From an uncultured Cypionkella sp. (GTDB lineage: Bacteria; Pseudomonadota; Alphaproteobacteria; Rhodobacterales; Rhodobacteraceae), in the NCBI GenBank assembly GCA_964387655.1, contig CAYLYV010000003.1:9409-73408 (forward strand): DNA of 64,000 bases. Direction: 5' to 3'. Made by a program: the position numbers and the translations under genes. Shown one piece after another: positions 1 through 9,550 of this stretch (position 1 is its first letter; every line of letters starts with the position of its first letter). The notes beneath the pieces were generated by a model. That model worked only from the letters and a program-made list of their open reading frames with translations, was not told where the DNA came from and did not search any database.

Positions 1-2
1 TG

Positions 3-371
3 GTGCCGTTCATGTTTCTGCCGCTGTATTCGGCGGTGGATAATCTGGACCGCGCGCTGATTGAGGCTTCGATGGATCTGGGGGCGACCCGGCTCCAGAC
101 CTTTCTGAAGGTGGTGTTGCCGCAAACCCTGCCCGGCATTCTGGGCGGCGCGGTGATCGTGTTCATCCCCTCGGTCGGCAACTTTATCGTGCCGGATGTG
201 CTGGGCGGCGCGAAGGGGCTGATGATCGGCAATTTGGTCGAACAACAGTTCCTGTCGGCGCGCAACTGGCCGTTTGGCTCGGCACTGTCGATGATCGTGA
301 TGGCGGTGGTGTTGGCGGTGCTGCTGGGGTCAATGACCTTCGCCAAGCGCAAGGGCGGTCAGAATGCGTAA
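3..371 (+). CDS. ABC transporter permease, PotB/spermidine-putrescine type (C-terminal part; 5' end lies outside the window)
   Basis: ORF open to the window edge. EAA-loop-like LIEASMDLGATRLQTF plus hydrophobic segments. Overlaps the next permease gene by 8 nt. Confidence 0.8.
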   Translation: MPFMFLPLYSAVDNLDRALIEASMDLGATRLQTFLKVVLPQTLPGILGGAVIVFIPSVGNFIVPDVLGGAKGLMIGNLVEQQFLSARNWPFGSALSMIVMAVVLAVLLGSMTFAKRKGGQNA

Positions 372-1200
372 TCCGCTGGGCTGGGCCGCGCTGACGCTGT
401 TCTCGCTGGTTTTCTTCCTGTTCATCTATGCGCCATTGCTGGTGATCATCGGCTATTCGTTCAACTCCAACCCGGTCAATATGATGATCTGGGAGCATTT
501 TACCTTTGATTGGTATCGCGGCTTGCTGGGGCTGGGCAGCCGGGCTGCGGATGCCAACAACCGCGCGGCCTATATCGAAAGCACCGACCAGATGCTGCGC
601 GCGTTGCGCACCTCGCTGATTGTGGCGGCGATCACCACCACGATTTCCACGCTGATCGGGACGGCGACGGCCATCGCTTTGGCGCGCTACCGCTTTGCGG
701 CGAAAGGGTTTTACAACGGCTTCCTGATGTTGCCGATGATGATGCCCGATATTGTGCTGGGCATCGGCCTGTTGATTTTCTTTGTCACCATCGGGATGAA
801 CCTGTCGATGCTGACCATCATCATCGGGCATTGCACCTTCCTGACCTCTTACGTCTTCATCATCGTGCAGGCCCGCATCGCCGGGCTTGATCCGGCGCTG
901 GAGGAGGCCTCTGCCGATCTGGGGGCGTCGGAGTGGGTGACGTTGCGCAAGGTGCTGCTGCCGCAACTGGCACCGGGGATTGTGGGCGGGGCGCTTTTGG
1001 CCTTCGTGATCTCGATGGATGATCTGGTGATCACCTATTTCGTTGCTGGCACCGACAATACCACGCTTCCGGTGTTCATCTTCGGCATGGTGCGCCGGGG
1101 GGTGAAGCCAGAGATTAACGCCATCGCAACCATGATGATCGCGGCCTCGATCGTCATTGCGGCTTTGGGACTATGGCTGCGCGCCAGAAAGACAGAATAA
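364..1200 (+). CDS. ABC transporter permease, PotC type
   Basis: 278 aa with multiple TM segments and EAA loop LEEASADLGASEWVTLRKVLLP. Coupled to the upstream permease. Confidence 0.85.
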   Translation: MRNPLGWAALTLFSLVFFLFIYAPLLVIIGYSFNSNPVNMMIWEHFTFDWYRGLLGLGSRAADANNRAAYIESTDQMLRALRTSLIVAAITTTISTLIGTATAIALARYRFAAKGFYNGFLMLPMMMPDIVLGIGLLIFFVTIGMNLSMLTIIIGHCTFLTSYVFIIVQARIAGLDPALEEASADLGASEWVTLRKVLLPQLAPGIVGGALLAFVISMDDLVITYFVAGTDNTTLPVFIFGMVRRGVKPEINAIATMMIAASIVIAALGLWLRARKTE

Positions 1201-2292
1201 ATGAAAGATACCATCCTGAACCCGGCCCAGAAACCTCGGGCCCGCGATCTTGGCTTGCCGTTTCCCGGCACAACCGGCCCGCTGAATGCCCTTACCGACG
1301 TGCCCGGTGTCGCGGTCGGGTTTTGCACCCTGAGCGACCCTGATCGCCACATGCGCACCGGTGTTACCGCGATTTTGCCGCGTCCCGGCACTGTGCCGAT
1401 GCCGGTTTGGGCGGGGCAATACTCGCTGAACGGCAATGGCGAGATGACGGGCACGCATTGGATCCATGACGCGGGCTATTTCGTCGGCCCGATCTGCATC
1501 ACCAACACGCATGGCGTGGGGGCCGTGCACACTGGGGCGACGCGCTGGATGATCGACACCTATGCGGATTACTTTCAAAGCCATCACGCCTGGGCGATGC
1601 CGGTGGTGGCCGAGACTTATGACGGCGTATTGAACGACATCAACGCGCTGCATGTGCAGCCCGAACATGCCATCGCGGCGCTGAATGCCGCAAGCTTTGG
1701 CCCGGTGGCCGAGGGTTCCACGGGCGGCGGCAATGGCATGATTTGTTACGAGTTCAAGGGCGGCACCGGCACCTCGTCGCGGCGGATTGAGATCGGCGGG
1801 CAAAGCTACACCGTCGCGGCTTTGGTGCAAGCCAACCACGGCATCCGGCCTTGGCTGACCATTCTGGGCCGCCCGGTGGGCCAGTTGGTGCCAGAGGATG
1901 CACTTCATGCCACCGAGATGGGGTCGATCATCGTGGTGGTGGCCACTGACGCCCCGCTGTCGGGGTTGTCGCTGCGGCAGGTCGCCAAGCGCGCGGCCAT
2001 CGGTATTGGGCGGGGGGGGACGCCGGGGGGCAACAACTCGGGCGATATTTTCATGGCGTTTTCGACCGCGAACCCCGGCCCGGTGCCGCAGTTCGCGCCC
2101 GCCGTGCTGACCAAGCAAGAGTTGAACGGCGAGCATATCGACCCGCTCTATCTGGCTTCGGTTCAGGCGGTGGAAGAAGCCATCGTCAACGCCATGGTGG
2201 CGGGCGAAGATGTGGCGACCTTCAAGCCAGCCGGGCATATCTGCCGCGCGATTGACCTTGATTGCTTGCGCCAGATTTTCCAGCCGACCTGA
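1201..2292 (+). CDS. P1/DmpA-family (peptidase S58) aminopeptidase
   Basis: 363 aa. N-terminus ARDLGLPFPGTTGPLNALTDVPGV and GGNNSGDIFMAFST are typical of DmpA/BapA-type Ntn hydrolases. ATG lies directly after the potC-like stop. Confidence 0.75.
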   Translation: MKDTILNPAQKPRARDLGLPFPGTTGPLNALTDVPGVAVGFCTLSDPDRHMRTGVTAILPRPGTVPMPVWAGQYSLNGNGEMTGTHWIHDAGYFVGPICITNTHGVGAVHTGATRWMIDTYADYFQSHHAWAMPVVAETYDGVLNDINALHVQPEHAIAALNAASFGPVAEGSTGGGNGMICYEFKGGTGTSSRRIEIGGQSYTVAALVQANHGIRPWLTILGRPVGQLVPEDALHATEMGSIIVVVATDAPLSGLSLRQVAKRAAIGIGRGGTPGGNNSGDIFMAFSTANPGPVPQFAPAVLTKQELNGEHIDPLYLASVQAVEEAIVNAMVAGEDVATFKPAGHICRAIDLDCLRQIFQPT

Positions 2293-2402
2293 CGGCGGGG
2301 CGGGGAAGCCAACAACCTGTGATCCTGCATCACGCGGTTCGCGCTTTTCCCCGCCTTTAGCTTCTGCCAAACTGGCTTTGGGGCGAAGGAGACCCAAGTC
2401 TG

Positions 2403-4262
2403 GTGAGTTCCGCACGTCTGCCCCCTGCCCCCGCCTCGTTCCGCGCGCGGTTTTCCGCGTTGCGCAATCTCTGGCCGTTTCTGATGCTGGTCTGGCAGGC
2501 CAGCCCCGCGCTGATGCTGATCTCGATGGTTCTGCGCCTGATCCGGGCGGTGCTTCCGGTGGCGGCGCTGTGGATCGGCAAATTGATCATTGACGAGGTG
2601 GTGCGGTTGTCCGCCCTGCCCGACCGCCCCACTGATCTGTGGGGCTGGTGGGGCAGCGACGCGTTGGGCCTGCTGATCGCCTATGTTCTGGCCGAGTTCG
2701 CGCTAGCGATCCTGTCGGATGTGCTGGGCCGGGTGGTTGGGTTGGTCGATACGTTGCTGTCGGATCGCCTGACGATGTCATCCTCGATCCGGCTGATGGA
2801 ACATGCCGCCACGCTTGATCTGGAAGATTTCGAGGATGCCGAGTTTCAGGACAAGTTGGAGCGCGCGCGCAGGCAGGCCAGCGGGCGGATGACGCTGATG
2901 GGCTTGTTGTTCACCCAGATGCAGAACCTTGTGACCGTCGCGACTTTTGCCGCCGGACTGGTGATTTTCAATCCATGGCTGATCCTGCTGCTGGCTTTGG
3001 CGCTGATCCCGGCTTTTATCGGTGAGGCGCATTTCAACGCGCAGACCTATTCGCTGGATTTCGGTCGCACGCCAGAGCGGCGCGAGTTGGATTATGTTCG
3101 CCAGACGGCGGCAAGTGTGGAATCCGCCAAGGAAGTCAAGATCTTCGGGCTGAACGGCTTTCTGACCGACCGCTACCGCGAATTGTCGGAAAGCTTCTAC
3201 ACCGCCAGCCGCAAGATTGCGCAACAGCGCGCCATCTGGGGTGGCGTGCTGACCGCGCTTGGCACGCTGGGGTATTATGCCGCCTATGCCTGGATCATCG
3301 CGGGTACTTTGGCGGGGCAGTTGACACTGGGCGATCTGACTTTTCTGTCAGGGTCATTCCTGCGGCTGCGCGGGCTGCTGGAAGGCCTGCTGACCTCGTT
3401 TTCCTCCACCGCAGCACAGGCGCTGTATCTCGACGATCTGTTCAGCTTCTTCGAGGTGCAGCCCGAGATTTTGTCCGCCCCCGATGCGCTGCCCTTCCCC
3501 CATCCGATCCGCCAAGGCTTTGTGTTTGAAAACGTCGGCTTTCGCTATCCGGGGGCGGAACGCTGGGCGGTGCGGGGGTTGAATTTCACCCTGCAAGCGG
3601 GCGAGACGTTGGCATTGGTCGGCGAAAACGGCGCGGGCAAGACCACGCTCGTCAAGCTGTTGGCGCGGCTGTACGACCCGGATGCGGGGCGCAGTACCCT
3701 GGATGGCCAAGACCCGCCCCAGGTGGAACTGGACGGCCTGCCTTGGGGCGTGGGCGTGGTCTTTCAGGATTTCATGCGCTATAACCTTAGCGCTGCCGAC
3801 AATATTGCGGTGGGTCGCATTGAAGACCGCGACAACCGCCCGCGCATCATCGACGCCGCCCGCCGCAGTTTGGCCGATCAGGTGATCGAGGGTCTGCCCA
3901 AGCAATACGACCAGATGATCGGCAAGCGTTTTCGCAACGGGGTCGAGCTTTCGGGGGGCGAATGGCAAAAGCTGGCCATCGCGCGGGCCTATATGCGCGG
4001 GGCCGAGGTGCTGATTTTGGATGAACCCACCGCTGCGCTGGATGCGCGGTCAGAGTTTGAAGTGTTCCAGCGGTTTAAAGAGCTGAGTGCGGGGAAAACC
4101 GCTATCCTGATCTCGCACCGCTTCAGTTCGGTGCGGATGGCCGACCGGATACTGGTGCTGGCCGGTGGCCGGGTTGAATCCGCAGGCACACATGCGGAGC
4201 TGCTGGCGCAATCGGGCCGCTATGCAGAACTGTTTGAATTGCAAGCGGCAGGCTATCGCTGA
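2403..4262 (+). CDS. ABC exporter, fused transmembrane and ATP-binding domains (MsbA-like type I exporter)
   Basis: 619 aa, GTG start. N-terminal 6-TM-like region. Walker A GENGAGKTT, signature LSGGEWQK, Walker B ILDEPTAALD. Confidence 0.85.
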   Translation: MSSARLPPAPASFRARFSALRNLWPFLMLVWQASPALMLISMVLRLIRAVLPVAALWIGKLIIDEVVRLSALPDRPTDLWGWWGSDALGLLIAYVLAEFALAILSDVLGRVVGLVDTLLSDRLTMSSSIRLMEHAATLDLEDFEDAEFQDKLERARRQASGRMTLMGLLFTQMQNLVTVATFAAGLVIFNPWLILLLALALIPAFIGEAHFNAQTYSLDFGRTPERRELDYVRQTAASVESAKEVKIFGLNGFLTDRYRELSESFYTASRKIAQQRAIWGGVLTALGTLGYYAAYAWIIAGTLAGQLTLGDLTFLSGSFLRLRGLLEGLLTSFSSTAAQALYLDDLFSFFEVQPEILSAPDALPFPHPIRQGFVFENVGFRYPGAERWAVRGLNFTLQAGETLALVGENGAGKTTLVKLLARLYDPDAGRSTLDGQDPPQVELDGLPWGVGVVFQDFMRYNLSAADNIAVGRIEDRDNRPRIIDAARRSLADQVIEGLPKQYDQMIGKRFRNGVELSGGEWQKLAIARAYMRGAEVLILDEPTAALDARSEFEVFQRFKELSAGKTAILISHRFSSVRMADRILVLAGGRVESAGTHAELLAQSGRYAELFELQAAGYR

Positions 4263-4303
4263 CGGATTGCTCAGGTGCGCTGCGTCAGATTGCTTACGGT
4301 CAT

Positions 4304-5092
4304 TCAAACTTCCTTCGGCGGATATTTCGGCGCGTGCAACCCCAGCCCGCGTGCCGTAGCGACATCGGCCAACAGATCCCGCTGGGCAGCCGCGAACAGA
4401 TCATCAAGATCGTCGATCACGAAATAGATCGGTTGCAGAATGTCGATCCGGTAGGGTGTGCGCAGAATGTCGATCACATTGAAGGGCCGCAGTTCCGGCT
4501 GGCCCGAGGTCGCCCATTGCAACTCGGCGATCGAGGAGGCCAAGCCCGAGCCCAACCCTTTCAGCACACCCTTTTCCCGCGTCAGACCGAACTCGATGGT
4601 GAACCAGTAAAGCCGGATCAACCACGCATAGTCGGCTTTTTCCGCCCGCATCCCCGCTTGCCCGATGGCATGGCTGAAACTGGCAAAGCGGGGATCGGTC
4701 AACAGCGGGGCGTGGCCGAAAATCTCATGGAAGATGTCGGGTTCTTCGATGTAATCGAAATGCTCGCGCCGCCGGATGAACGATGCTGCTGGAAAACAAC
4801 GATCCGCCAGCAGCCCGAAAAACCGCCCAAAGCCGATCAGGGCTGGCACCGGCTCCACCCGCCAGCCGGTGCTGGCGCGCAGGGCTTCGGTGACCTCGGC
4901 GCATTGTGCCACGCGGTCGGTTGGCAACTGCAACTGCGCCAGACCGTTAAGGTAAGGGCTGGCCATCTGCTGCCGCACCGAAGGCAGCTGCCGCGCCATC
5001 AGATCGTGCCAGACGCTGTCTTCAGCAGCATCATAGGCGATAAACCCGCCGCTGTCGGGCAGCTTTGCAGCGTAGTCGGTGGATTTCGGCAT
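4304..5092 (-). CDS. phhA: phenylalanine 4-monooxygenase
   Basis: Start set at MPKSTDY (ATG 5092). Motifs PDIFHEIFGHAPLL and LYWFTIEFGL are characteristic of bacterial PhhA. The 449-aa ORF-track version is an upstream extension. Confidence 0.85.
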   Translation of the reverse strand: MPKSTDYAAKLPDSGGFIAYDAAEDSVWHDLMARQLPSVRQQMASPYLNGLAQLQLPTDRVAQCAEVTEALRASTGWRVEPVPALIGFGRFFGLLADRCFPAASFIRRREHFDYIEEPDIFHEIFGHAPLLTDPRFASFSHAIGQAGMRAEKADYAWLIRLYWFTIEFGLTREKGVLKGLGSGLASSIAELQWATSGQPELRPFNVIDILRTPYRIDILQPIYFVIDDLDDLFAAAQRDLLADVATARGLGLHAPKYPPKEV

Positions 5093-5215
5093 GGCTTCCC
5101 CCTGTCTGCACCGCAACATTTTGACCCGGATTGTCAGAAATATCTTGCCGGATTTCGCTATTCCCGGCAGGAATGTGAAACACGATGCCGTATATTGGCC
5201 AAATCGGGAAATTTT

Positions 5216-5686
5216 ATGCCGGATATTGAGCTGACAGAGGCAGACCGTCGTTTGCTGCGGTTGTTGCAAAGGGACGGTCGCGCCTCCACGCAGGATCTGG
5301 CCGATGCGGCGGGTCTGTCGTCGTCGCCCGCTTGGCGGCGGCTGAAACGGCTGGAGGATCTTGCGGTCATCAAGGGCTATGTGGCGCTGCTGGATCAGGG
5401 CAAACTCGGCCTTGGCGCGGTGGGCTATGTGCAAGTGTCGCTGACCGAACACACGGCGGCGACCGTGGCGCGGTTTGACGATTTCGTGCAGGGCCAAACG
5501 CGGATCATCGACTGCGCGCGGGTGACGGGCGGCTTCGACTATATCCTGAAAGTCGTCACGCGGGATGCTGAGGATCTGGAGCACTTCCTGATGCACCACC
5601 TGCTTGCGCTTGGCATCGTGCGGACCACCTCCACCAGCTTCGTGCTGCGTCAAATCAAGTCAACCACCGAACTGCCGCTGGAGTAG
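5216..5686 (+). CDS. Lrp/AsnC-family transcriptional regulator
   Basis: 156 aa, MPDIELTEADRRLLRLLQRDGRASTQDLADAAGLS (HTH) plus a RAM-like C-terminus. Divergent from phhA, the usual arrangement. Confidence 0.85.
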   Translation: MPDIELTEADRRLLRLLQRDGRASTQDLADAAGLSSSPAWRRLKRLEDLAVIKGYVALLDQGKLGLGAVGYVQVSLTEHTAATVARFDDFVQGQTRIIDCARVTGGFDYILKVVTRDAEDLEHFLMHHLLALGIVRTTSTSFVLRQIKSTTELPLE

Positions 5687-5968
5687 CAATATGTCCCGCG
5701 TGCCCGGTCGGAGCCATCGGATTGTGCTGGATATGATCCTCGCGAAAGTGCTTCTCCAGCGCCGTCAGATCATGATCACCAAACAACGCTTGATAGGCCG
5801 TTTCAACCATTCGCAGGTTCGCGGCTTCTGTCGCTTCATCCGCGAAGGCAGGCAATGCCGCAAGCCAAGCCGACACTGCTGTAGCGCAATAGCTCGCGAA
5901 ATCTTGAAGTTTTTCATGTCGTATCCCCGGTTACGTTCGACACATAACTTCGGCAAATTCACACCCAT
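5655..5968 (-). pseudogene. SnoaL-like/NTF2-family protein remnant (frameshifted signal peptide, truncated C-terminus)
   Basis: MKNFKISRAIA.. (5968 frame) and ..SAWLAALPAFADEATEAANLRMVETAYQALFGDHDLTALEKHFREDHIQHNP (5876 frame) are one gene split by a 1-nt frame change. The reading frame ends inside the lrp 3' end. Confidence 0.55.
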
Positions 5969-6130
5969 CTCAACCCCATTTCATTTCACCGGTGGCGACT
6001 TTGGAGCCGATGTGCAGCGCCACACCCATGCCAAGACCGGGGAAGCCGGCTTCCATCGCGGCGTTGAGAGCAGCAGCGTTCGGGGCCTTGGCCAGTTCTT
6101 CTTCAAAGGCCAGAAGGTAATGAATCCACA

Positions 6131-6343
6131 ATGGGGCTTGGCGCTTCGGTCTGGTCGGGCGATGCCGTTCGAGCCGCAGCCCTTGCCCGCAGATTGGAAA
6201 GCGGTATCGCTTGGGTCAACTCGCATCGGGGGCCGAACCCGAACGCGCCGTTTGGTGGGGTTAAACACTCCGGCTTCAGCGTAGAATTGGGCGCGGATGG
6301 CCTGCGCGAGTTTACCGTCCGGCAAACGGTATTTCTGCGCTAG
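6131..6343 (+). pseudogene. aldehyde dehydrogenase C-terminal fragment (about 70 aa only)
   Basis: GLGASVWSGD...WVNSHRGPNPNAPFGGVKHSGFSVELG matches the conserved ALDH C-terminus. No upstream ALDH sequence is present in any frame. Confidence 0.6.
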
Positions 6344-6532
6344 GCTCCAAACCAGTGCAATGGTTTCCAGCCGCTGCCCCAGCTTAAAGGGTTGAGGGAG
6401 GAAGGCTGTCATAGCCGCCCAAGCGGCTGTTCTGGGTGGCACGCACGATTGCCCCCGCCGATCAGTTCAATTTAGAATGGTGCTCGTCCAGACAAACATG
6501 GTATGCTGCCTTAGAGCGTCGCCCCCAAATCT

Positions 6533-7651
6533 TTGCGGCTGAAGGCGTTCCTGCCGAGTGATGGCTCGCTTCGCGAGTTTTCGGCCCATGAGGGCCATTT
6601 CATGCCAAACCAATCCGCTGTCCATATTGAGGCGGCGAGCACCCTTGCGGTCGTGGTCTTATCCAATGAGCCACTGCTGTTCCTTTCGTCAGACCTTACG
6701 ATCATTGCGGCAAGTGCCTCATTCTGTCGGGCGTTTGAAATCGACCCGGTGACGGTCGCAGGCAAACATCTTGGTGCGCTTGGAGACGGCGAATGGGCGA
6801 TGCCCAAGCTGGCCTCGCTGTTGAATGCGACAGCTTCGGGCAGTGCGCGGATCGCGGCCTATGAAATCGACCTCAAACGGCCGAACCAGAAAACGCGGAC
6901 GCTGATCGTTAACGCGCAGATACTGGACGACGGCGCGGATCACATTCGGCTGCTGCTGGCGGTGACGGACGTGACCGATGCCCGCGCGGACGCCCGGCTG
7001 AAGGACGATTTGTTGAATGAAAAAGCGATCTTGGTACAGGAAGTGCAGCACCGGGTGGCAAACAGCCTGCAGATCATCGCAAGCGTTCTGATGCAAAGTG
7101 CGCGCCGGGTGCAGTCGGAAGAAGCACGCGGGCATCTGCACAACGCGCATCACCGCGTGATGTCGATTGCGGCGGTGCAGAAGCAGCTGTCGGCATCGAC
7201 AGGCGGCAAAGTTCCCCTCAAGAACTATCTCAGCCAGCTTTGCGAAAGCCTCGGCGCGTCAATGATCGCCGATGCGGACCGTGTCTCGATCACGGTGAAT
7301 GTCGATGACAGCTCGGTCGATGCCGACATTTCTGTCAGTCTGGGCCTTATCGTAACGGAGCTTGTGATCAACGCCTTGAAACATGCGTTCCCGGATCAAC
7401 TGATCGGCGTGATCACCATCGGTTATGTGTCTGAGGGTCACGATTGGACGCTGTCTGTTACTGACGACGGGATCGGAATGCTAACGGGGCGAGCGGCACC
7501 CAAAGCGGGTTTGGGAACCGGCATTATCGAGGCGCTCACCAAAAATCTTCTGGGAGAACTCCAAGTCAGCGATGCTGGGCCCGGCACCGCCGTGACCATC
7601 CGGTATCGGGGGGGACCCAGAGCCCAAGCCGCCCTTCCATCGGCCGCCTAG
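6533..7651 (+). CDS. PAS-domain sensor histidine kinase, HisKA_2/HWE class
   Basis: H-box EVQHRVANSLQIIASVL (HisKA_2 type), a PAS-like N-terminal half and a C-terminal HATPase region (DDGIGM, GLGTGI). The exact start is uncertain (possibly MPNQS near 6601). Confidence 0.8.
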   Translation: MRLKAFLPSDGSLREFSAHEGHFMPNQSAVHIEAASTLAVVVLSNEPLLFLSSDLTIIAASASFCRAFEIDPVTVAGKHLGALGDGEWAMPKLASLLNATASGSARIAAYEIDLKRPNQKTRTLIVNAQILDDGADHIRLLLAVTDVTDARADARLKDDLLNEKAILVQEVQHRVANSLQIIASVLMQSARRVQSEEARGHLHNAHHRVMSIAAVQKQLSASTGGKVPLKNYLSQLCESLGASMIADADRVSITVNVDDSSVDADISVSLGLIVTELVINALKHAFPDQLIGVITIGYVSEGHDWTLSVTDDGIGMLTGRAAPKAGLGTGIIEALTKNLLGELQVSDAGPGTAVTIRYRGGPRAQAALPSAA

Positions 7652-7708
7652 GAACCCATATGTCGCGGAAGCGCTATCCACTGGGGGATCGTCAAAACCC
7701 CGTTTATC

Positions 7709-8107
7709 ATGAACGAGTTACAGATGAAGAACGGTAAGGCGGTGGTGCTGGTGGTTGACGACAGCGCTCTCATTCGTATGGGTGCCGTCGATCTGGTCCA
7801 AAGCGCAGGCTATGAGGCGCTGGAGGCACAGGATTCCGACGAGGCCATCCGTATTCTAGAAGCACGCGACGACATTGATCTGGTGTTCACCGATGTGCAG
7901 ATGCCGGGCACGATGGACGGTATCAAACTCTCGCATTACATCCGCAACCGCTGGCCTCCGGTGAAGCTGATTGTGGCTTCGGGGATGGCGATCCTTGAGG
8001 AGAGCAGCCTTCCGACAGGCAGCCGATACTTTGCAAAGCCTTACACCGATACTGCGATTACCGATGCCATGGCGCGCCTGCTTGCGGATGACGGCGCGGC
8101 TGAATGA
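7709..8107 (+). CDS. single-domain response regulator (receiver only)
   Basis: 132 aa with acidic pocket VLVVDDS, phospho-acceptor context LVFTDVQMPG and a conserved K (FAKPY). No output domain. Confidence 0.85.
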   Translation: MNELQMKNGKAVVLVVDDSALIRMGAVDLVQSAGYEALEAQDSDEAIRILEARDDIDLVFTDVQMPGTMDGIKLSHYIRNRWPPVKLIVASGMAILEESSLPTGSRYFAKPYTDTAITDAMARLLADDGAAE

Positions 8108-8159
8108 GCGGCCCTCTTGTTGCCGAACGGCGTGCGTATTGCTTGGCTGGATCCCGATC

Positions 8160-9302
8160 TCAGGCCGATTGCGCCAGAAAGAACCGGATCATCTGCGCCG
8201 AGGCATCGGGCCCCATATTGTCAGTGTAGGACCCCGCCGCACGCCCGCCTGACCACGCATGGCCTGCGCCTTCAATCATCCACAGATCAACCGCGACCCT
8301 GCCGTCTGATCCGATATACTCGCTTCGGGTATAGCCGCGTCCGCGCACCGAGCGTTTGCTCACTTTGGTCGGTTTTCTATCTTCTCCGACAGCCGCCGCG
8401 ACGATCATTGCCGCGTTTGAGGAGTGGACGGTGCTGTCAGCCTCGCCATGAAAGATGATCCGACGGACGGTATCGGGCGACACCTCAGTCGGCTGCGGGG
8501 GTGCGCCGCCATTCCGCATAGCCGACACCGCGGACAGCACATCGCGTGCGGCACCTCGGGCAAGGCCGGAGTGGACGCCTGCCGCCGAAAACACCTCTGG
8601 ATAAACATCCGCTAAAATCGCCGCCATCGCGCCGCCAGCCGACAATCCGGCGACAAATACGGCATCGCGGCCCAAGCCGAATTCTTTGGTCAACTTGCGC
8701 GCGAGGGAGGCCAGTATTGCGGGCTCCCCTGCCCCACGCGCCTGATCGCCCGGCTTGAACCAGTTCCAGCAGGACGCGGTGTTATGGCCGCTTGTCTGCG
8801 CCGGATAGGCGATGGCAAGGCCATGTTTTTCGGCCAGCGCGTTCATATGGGTGCCCGCTGCAAAGTCGTCCGGGCTCTGGGTGCAGCCGTGCAGCATCAG
8901 GATCAGGCCTTTGGGCCGTTTCGGATGGCTGGCGGGCAGGTAGAGCTTGTAGTCCCGCGCGCCTGCTGTGGTGCGATGCGTGCGGCTGAGATACTGCGCC
9001 CCAGCGGGGATGCTGGGCGGGATCGCCCGCGCTGTTGTCGCCGCCTGTGCCCCCCGCATCAGCGCTTGCGCGGCACGCAGCTGCTTGATCACGATGCCAA
9101 GGGTGGGTCCAGCTTTTGGCAGCGCCGATTTGCGGGCCTTCGCCGTTTTCGGTTTGAGAGCGGCAAGGGGTGCAAGCGCCGATTTGACCATAAGACCCGT
9201 CATCATGCTTTGCATGGATTTGGCTGTTTTGGTCAGTTTGGCGGGCCGCATGAGCCGGTTTGCCCGGCGCATGGCCGCCGCGAAGCTGCGTGTCATTGTC
9301 AT
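8160..9302 (-). CDS. PHB-depolymerase-family esterase (LpqC-like alpha/beta hydrolase)
   Basis: LMLHGCTQSPDDFAAGTHMN, CWNWF and the nucleophile elbow GLSAGGAMA. Start set at MTMTRSF (9302). The 465-aa track ORF is an extension. Confidence 0.75.
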   Translation of the reverse strand: MTMTRSFAAAMRRANRLMRPAKLTKTAKSMQSMMTGLMVKSALAPLAALKPKTAKARKSALPKAGPTLGIVIKQLRAAQALMRGAQAATTARAIPPSIPAGAQYLSRTHRTTAGARDYKLYLPASHPKRPKGLILMLHGCTQSPDDFAAGTHMNALAEKHGLAIAYPAQTSGHNTASCWNWFKPGDQARGAGEPAILASLARKLTKEFGLGRDAVFVAGLSAGGAMAAILADVYPEVFSAAGVHSGLARGAARDVLSAVSAMRNGGAPPQPTEVSPDTVRRIIFHGEADSTVHSSNAAMIVAAAVGEDRKPTKVSKRSVRGRGYTRSEYIGSDGRVAVDLWMIEGAGHAWSGGRAAGSYTDNMGPDASAQMIRFFLAQSA

Positions 9303-9550
9303 TCCCTTGAAATCTGGTCGCATTGACCGCGCGATGATAATCGCACAAACCAAAGCTGGGTTCCGCCGCAATCGCCACCGCATCATAGATGGGGACAAGC
9401 GCGTGCGGTACAAGGCAAATGCCGCTACGTCATATGCTTTGCCGCAAGCAGTTGTCATGGCCTTGAAATCCCGATCTTGCGCCGCCTGTTCTATCCGTGC
9501 TGATCTCCAGCAGACCGCAGGAGGGTGCGGATTTGGGGATGGGATGAAGC

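Noticed and set aside
4334-5215. Long plus-strand ORF (450 aa in the track) overlapping phhA antisense, and the 449-aa minus-strand extension of phhA.
   Set aside because: Only the last 157 codons (from ATG 5216) look like a protein (Lrp/AsnC). The rest is Arg/Gly/Pro/His-rich shadow sequence, typical of high-GC antisense frames. PhhA homology starts at MPKSTDY (5092).
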